Shown here one piece after another: positions 35,031 to 56,634 of a stretch of 56,634 bases of DNA. The DNA is taken from assembly GCA_002269645.1 (NCBI GenBank), contig NIVC01000927.1:347601-404234 (forward strand). The letters run 5' to 3'. Source of the stretch: Macrostomum lignano. Taxonomy: Eukaryota. The notes beneath the pieces are model-generated. The model was not told where the DNA came from. It made no database searches and worked only from the letters and a program-made list of their open reading frames with translations. Positions within the stretch are counted from its first letter, which is position 1; each line of letters opens with the position of its first letter. Both the position numbers and the translations under genes were made by a program.

Positions 35031-35982
35031 CACATAGGATTAAATTTAGTCAAAATGATGTATTCACTTAATATTTTATCTGATCCCATTGCCGCGACAA
35101 ATCAGCCTAATGCCTTGTATTCTCTTTAATCCCCTTGCCAAAGCCCGCGCCAGCCGCGTCTCCCCAGTGGGAGAGTTGGGAAATCCGATAGCGAGCTTGG
35201 ATTGGCCGCTGCCCCACGGGGAGGAGGGTATCAAGCCGGCCGGTCTACGATAGGGTCCGCAGTCTCCACTCTTCTGGGGATGCTGGGGAGAGGGAGAGAT
35301 GAGGGGCTGAAAGACTCCAAAGCCGCTTGGTCACTCTGGGGGCTTCAGCCGCTGGGGAGATATGGCAAAGGGGAGGATGGGACGAAAGAGAAATGGAAAG
35401 CCGTGGGAAGAGAGACCTCTCTCAGGGGTGCCCCGCGTATCAGGCGGCGCTGGGCCCCAGCCTCCCCCCCCCCATGGTCTCCATCTGATGCCCCTCGCCA
35501 CCTATACAAGGCTGCGACTCCCACGAGAAATTCAATCAAATCCCGCTGCCCAGATATCCCCTCTCATCCTCTCTCTCCAACTGCCACCCACCGGTGGAGT
35601 CTCGGGGTCTCAAATCCGCGTCTGCTCGGCCAGGCCGAATTCCCAGCATCCCAAAGCTCCAGAAAGCCCCCCGCACCTGGAGCTCGCGGGCCGGCAGCCC
35701 GGGCACTACAGACCCTTAACCCCCTAGAGGAATTGATCTCCATAGCGACTCGGCCTGAGCTGCTCTGCTGGTTCCTGCAGCCACAGCCATCTGCGCCCCC
35801 CCCCCCACCTCACAGCCATCAAAAAGCCATAGGCCTGCGTTATTATTAGGCCTACAACATACTCTGTGAGCGTTAATATATAAACAGAGAGATCTCATAT
35901 GGTGAGTCCCTGACCGGGCAGTCAGCAATATGCGCCACAGGTGTCAAGTATTTATCTGTGTAATCTTCTGCACTTGTAGGAT

Positions 35983-51171
<15,189 letters not shown>

Positions 51172-52914
51172 AGCTGAGACTCCTGCCTAGCAACTAAATC
51201 AGCTGCATCAGAGCTCAGACAATTTTGATCGCATCATCCACCTTATTTACAAGAATTTGGGCATCAATCCCTTGATCTGCTACTGTCTGAACAGTGCGTT
51301 TTCTGTGACCAGTTTTCATGCCTCGAACATGCGCTCTATACATTACTGACAATTTATTGTACAAACAGTAGGCGAGTATGCTAATTGCCAGAATAATTTA
51401 GTTTGTAGTGTCTTGAATTTTTTCAAACTAATCAGCTGATTCAAAACTGTGCACCAATGACTGACAAGATAAATTCTAACAATGCGCGAAATTAAAAAAG
51501 CAGTAAAACAAAACGAAACATTTATTTAAACTCAAGAATTTAAAATGAACTCTGCTGGGAGCTGTTTCTTAGTTTATAATTCAGTTAAATAGAGATTTAT
51601 TAATAATTTGTTTGTTTAATGTGATTCGCATCAACACAAATATAGTAGTGTACAGGTAAATTGATGATTAACTATAGGCATCAGCGCTAGAAAGAACACA
51701 CTGTTTGCACTCTGTGCCTGGGTTAATTGACAAGCTGTTGACGGCTAAGGCGAACTTGATGATTTTTGAACGAACGGAGCGAGCAACAAGTTTTCCAAAA
51801 ATATTATCTGAGTACTGAATGATGCAGACAGAAGAGATTTATTACGCATGGAAATGCTTTGACAGCACCGCCAATGCTAGTTGAACAGGTATTGGGGGAC
51901 AAACAAGCAGTTATGAGCAAAGAGGCAATCAAGAAAGTTCAACTAGCAGGGGCGGTCACTAAATTTCCACTATCTCTCTGTCTTGTTTGACTGCGCGAGT
52001 TGACAAAATGAAAGTTATCTAACAGCGATATTTAACAATGAGTTGCTAATGACAATGAAGGCCCTATAGGAATTACAATTTTCGATGCTCGAAGACATGT
52101 TAATCTGTGGATTGCAACGAAAAGTACGCTGGAAGGTTAATAAGCTAGAAATTCTATCAAATATCAAATATACATTCTAAACAGTTTCGAAAGCTACGCG
52201 TGAAGCAGAACTAGCTAAAATTGTAAAAGCGATAAACAGCAGCATATGTACAATAGTGGCCGGCACCACCAGCCGAGTCTGTCAGCGCCATGGCTTGGTG
52301 CCTGCAGATAAACAAGGAAGGAACGGTGTTTTTTCTGTCAAATATTTAATAAAAATTGCAATACTATTTACCAGCGGAGAGTGTAAACTCACCTCAGCTC
52401 CTCCACCTTCCCGAATGGCGGAGGGGACCCTCCAGCTCTCGGGCGGCTCCCGACTGCTCAAAAGCGCTGCTCACCCGGCCTAGCATTTTATAGCCTCTCG
52501 GAGCGCAGACTGCATTCCAGGTGGTTGGGGAGTGGGGACCCACCCCCCGCTGTCCTCAGTCCCTTAGACCCCTGTAGCCAGTGGCAACGATGACCCCCCC
52601 CCCCCTGGGTGCCTTCGAACCCCTCTTGGCAGATAAAAGAGAGACAAAATAGAAATTCGACACAATAGAAGGCAGAGGCTGAAATTTAGTTAGAGAACAG
52701 AAGAAACAATCCGACAAAAGAAATGAGCAACAATTTCAATGCCGAGCTGCTGCACCCTCCACTCAGGCTGACAGGAGGGGGCCTGCAGAGGCTGCCAGCT
52801 CAAGTTATGAGCCGCGGCAACAGTAAGGGCTGGACAGTACCTTGTTAACAAGGCGCCTGGTTTACCTGAGCTTCTGCTTGCGGTTGCTTTGGGCTGCTGT
52901 GGTTGCTTTGCATA

Positions 52915-53490
<576 letters not shown>

Positions 53491-54411
53491 AGCTGTTTAG
53501 CCTTGCTTTGAGTTTCTCAACCCCAGCCCCCCCCCCCACCCAAATACTAGAGTTGGCAGCGGACAGAAGCACCGCTAAAAGCAGGTGAAACGCTGCGGCC
53601 CAACTTTGTTGCGAATAACAATGGGCTTGTGGATGCAGTTGGTATGAACTGGGGAGGGGGGCAGGTGCCCAGCCCACTTTGGCTACTCCAGCAGGGCTTC
53701 CATTGTGCCGCCACCGCAGCGCGAGACTTTGAGTTCGGGCAGTGCAGCACTATTTGAGCGTAAAATATTATTATACTTAAATCTTCACCCTATATGCTGC
53801 TACTCAAGTGAGCAACTCAGACTGCAGGTTTGAGCAAAGGGTGGGTGGGGGTCGCACCTGAGGCAATCTACCCAGAGCCATCGAAGCTTGTCTGTCCCTC
53901 CGCTTTGAGTCGCAATAGTTGGTTAAGTGAGAGACTGAGATGAAGCTTTGGATGCAGAATGACTGTCAAAACAATATGCGGAGCAAGTTCTGCATAGCCA
54001 AACGAGCTACCTACTTATTTCAATGTACTTATTTAGCGCGGTCAAAGCAATTTTCAGTGGATGGAAAGAAATTTACATTACCCAACAATGTTACACATAT
54101 GGACAGCAACAAAAACAATGTACAATATCAAGTTTTTCTGTCAAAGACACGAATATTTTTGACATGGCGAACATGGTTAACTTGCTTACATTTTACATAG
54201 AGAAATATCGAAATTTTTAATCTCGAGCTCTGGACTTTGATATACGATACCACTGTTGCCTTCAGTTAGATAAAGCTGAAAGTAAAGTTGTTTCTTGTCC
54301 ATATGTGCGAAATTGTTGGGTTAAAATTTCAGGTTTGGCAAGTTCATTCCATCAAAAAGTTCGAAGAAAATTATCGTTACGTTTGGGACATCTACGGATT
54401 ACAATTACTAG

Positions 54412-55420
54412 GCACTTCAGTGCATCTACTGGCACCTCAATGCATCTACTGGCACCTCAATGCATCTACTGGCACCTCAATGCATCTACTGGCACCTCAA
54501 TGCATCTACTGGCACCTCAATGCATCTACTGGCACCTCAATGCATCTACTGGCACCTCAATGCATCTACTGGCACCTCAATGCATCTACTGGCACCTCAA
54601 TGCATCTACTGGCACCTCAATGCATCTACTGGCACCTCAATGCATCTACTGGCACCTCAATGCATCTACTGGCACCTCAATGCATCTAATGGCACCTCAA
54701 TGCATCTACTGACACCTCAATGCATCTACTGACACCTCAATCCATCTAATGGCACCTCAATGCATCTACTGACACCTCAATCCATCTAATGGCACCTCAA
54801 TGCATCTACTGGCACCTCAATGCATCTACTGGCACCTCAATGCATCTACTGGCACCTCAATGCATCTACTGGCACCTCAATGCATCTACTGGCACCTCAA
54901 TGCATCTAATGGCACCTCAATGCATCTACTGACACCTCAATGCATCTACTGACACCTCAATCCATCTAATGGCACCTCAATGCATCTACTGACACCTCAA
55001 TCCATCTAATGGCACCTCAATGCATCTACTGGCACCTCAATGCATCTACTGGCACCTCAATGCATCTACTGGCACCTCAATGCATCTACTGGCACCTCAA
55101 TGCATCTACTGGCACCTCAATACATCTACTGACACTTCAATACATCTACTGACACTTCAATACATCTACTGACACTTCAATACATCTACTGACACTTCAA
55201 TACATCTACTGGCACCTCAATGCATCTACTGGCACCTCAATGCATCTGACTGGCTCTTCAGTGCATCTACTGACACTTCAATGCCTCTACTGACACTTCA
55301 ATGCATCTACTGACACTCAATGCATCTACTGACACCTCAATCCATCTAATGGCACCTCAATGCATCTACTGGCAACTCAATACATCTACTGACACTTCAA
55401 TACATCTACTGGCAGCTCAA
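54412..55420 (+). repeat. 20-bp minisatellite
   Basis: Unit TGCATCTACTGGCACCTCAA. Confidence 0.97.
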
Positions 55421-56038
55421 TTTATAAATCTACTGATGCTTTTATTTCAATTCTGTTAGACTACATACTACTTGGTTAAGTAGTGACACAATATTCTAAT
55501 ACCGGAAAGAGTGAATGCAATTTGTCAGGCATTTTCAGTATCTCCGATGCAGCTGAGGGCCGAAATCTCAGGTAACTATATATAAGCTTATCCCCAATAT
55601 GCAGCGCAGATCGCACCTATATGGAAACGAGCTCCCAAACCTCTCAATGCTTCCCAGGAAGTTGAATTATTCACACCTGACTAATTGCTGACTATATAGT
55701 CATATCAGTGCATATAGTTTATAGTTGTACAATATTTATTAATCGGACAGTATTAGGTTTCTGTATACAGTATATTATATATACTACTATTCTAAGCTGC
55801 AGTTTGTTAAATAAACAAGTAGTATGTGTGTGTGTAGAGGAGGGCAAGGGTGTTAGGCTGGGAAGGTCAAGATTTTCTGCTTTCCTTGCATTCTTTGCAC
55901 TGGCATTGCAAGTGTGTGTACACAGCAGTTACTAGAATAGACTTGGCTACTTACTGGCTGGAGGAGGGAGCCCTGGCCCGGATTTGGAAATTCTTACGAT
56001 AATACGGCAGTCATCCCCTCCCCTGTGCTAACTGCTAG

Positions 56039-56219
56039 TTAGTCCCTAGCTACTCGAATCGGCTGCTTTGGAACTTCCTTTGCGTCTGGTTCAGATCGAC
56101 TGAGGGGAGGGGGGGGGTAGTGCGAGATATTCTGACCAAAGTTGGCGAACATTGGAGCAGAAAGATGCACAGAGCCAGTCTGCAAAGTCCAACTACTACT
56201 GTGTGGTGCGAAGTGTGCG
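56039..56219 (-). CDS. Possible terminal exon of a minus-strand gene extending beyond the window
   Basis: The minus-strand acceptor-like CTTCTTTTTATTGAG is followed by an open frame (AHFAPHSSSW...YPPPPLSRSEPDAKEVPKQPIRVARD*). No homology recognised. Confidence 0.25.
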
Positions 56220-56394
56220 CTCAATAAAAAGAAGCGGGTATAGCGGGATGCCCGGATGCGAGATAAGAAGGAAGTGAGAATAAGGTGCGATAGTCCTTAT
56301 GAGTCCTGATAGAGTCCTTTAGGAGTCCATTGAGAGTCCGAGAGAGCTCCAGGTGTCACATGAGTGCCAAGGCGCGATTCTGGAACTTCTGCTG

Positions 56395-56634
56395 TAGAGT
56401 CGGGCTGTAGTAGGGTCGGGCTGTATGTAGTAGTGATCGGGCTGTAGTAGGGTCAGGGCTGTAGTAGGGTCGGGCTGTAGTAGGGTCGGGCTGTAGTAGG
56501 GTCGGGCTGTAGTAGTGGTCGGGCTATAGTAGGGTCGGGCTATAGTAGGTCGGGCTGTAGTAGGTCGGGCTGTAGTAGGGTCGGGCGTGTAGTAGGTCGG
56601 TGCTAGTAGGGATCGGGCTGTAGTAGGGTCGGGC
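56395..56634 (+). repeat. 16-bp minisatellite (runs off the window)
   Basis: Unit GTAGTAGGGTCGGGCT. Confidence 0.93.

Noticed and set aside
35211-35734. EBF-like sites (CCCCACGGGG at ~35212, CCCTAGAG at ~35722) suggesting coe autoregulation
   Set aside because: Degenerate 8-10-mers in GC-rich sequence that are not distinguishable from chance without binding data.

Overview
Eukaryotic (invertebrate animal) genomic DNA with GT-AG introns, no obvious CpG depletion, and long introns filled with private minisatellites. This style suggests a free-living flatworm such as Macrostomum, which is an inference only. Contents in order: (1) A complete, apparently intact 3,816-bp cut-and-paste DNA transposon (959-4774) with CAC-ended ~125-bp TIRs, a perfect 5-bp TSD (GGAGA) and one ~710-aa DDE transposase ORF on the minus strand. 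The catalytic core is of the Transib/RAG1/Chapaev type, and the N-terminus is a RAG1-CND/Chapa-like Cys/His domain. (2) A probable terminal exon (PPPPY motif, polyQ) of a gene that starts upstream of the window. (3) A 13-exon neutral ceramidase-like gene (779 aa) with altered conserved motifs and an unusual GPI-signal-like C-terminal extension. (4) A 7-exon PDIA6 gene (440 aa) with two alternative terminal exons ending in KQEL or KTEL. (5) An 11-exon COE/EBF (collier) transcription factor gene (627 aa) with a triplicated splice acceptor and exon start. There are also several MITEs, a possible SINE, an RTE-like remnant and about 27 tandem arrays. Exon coordinates were derived by hand from splice signals and reading-frame continuity. 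No database searches were run.
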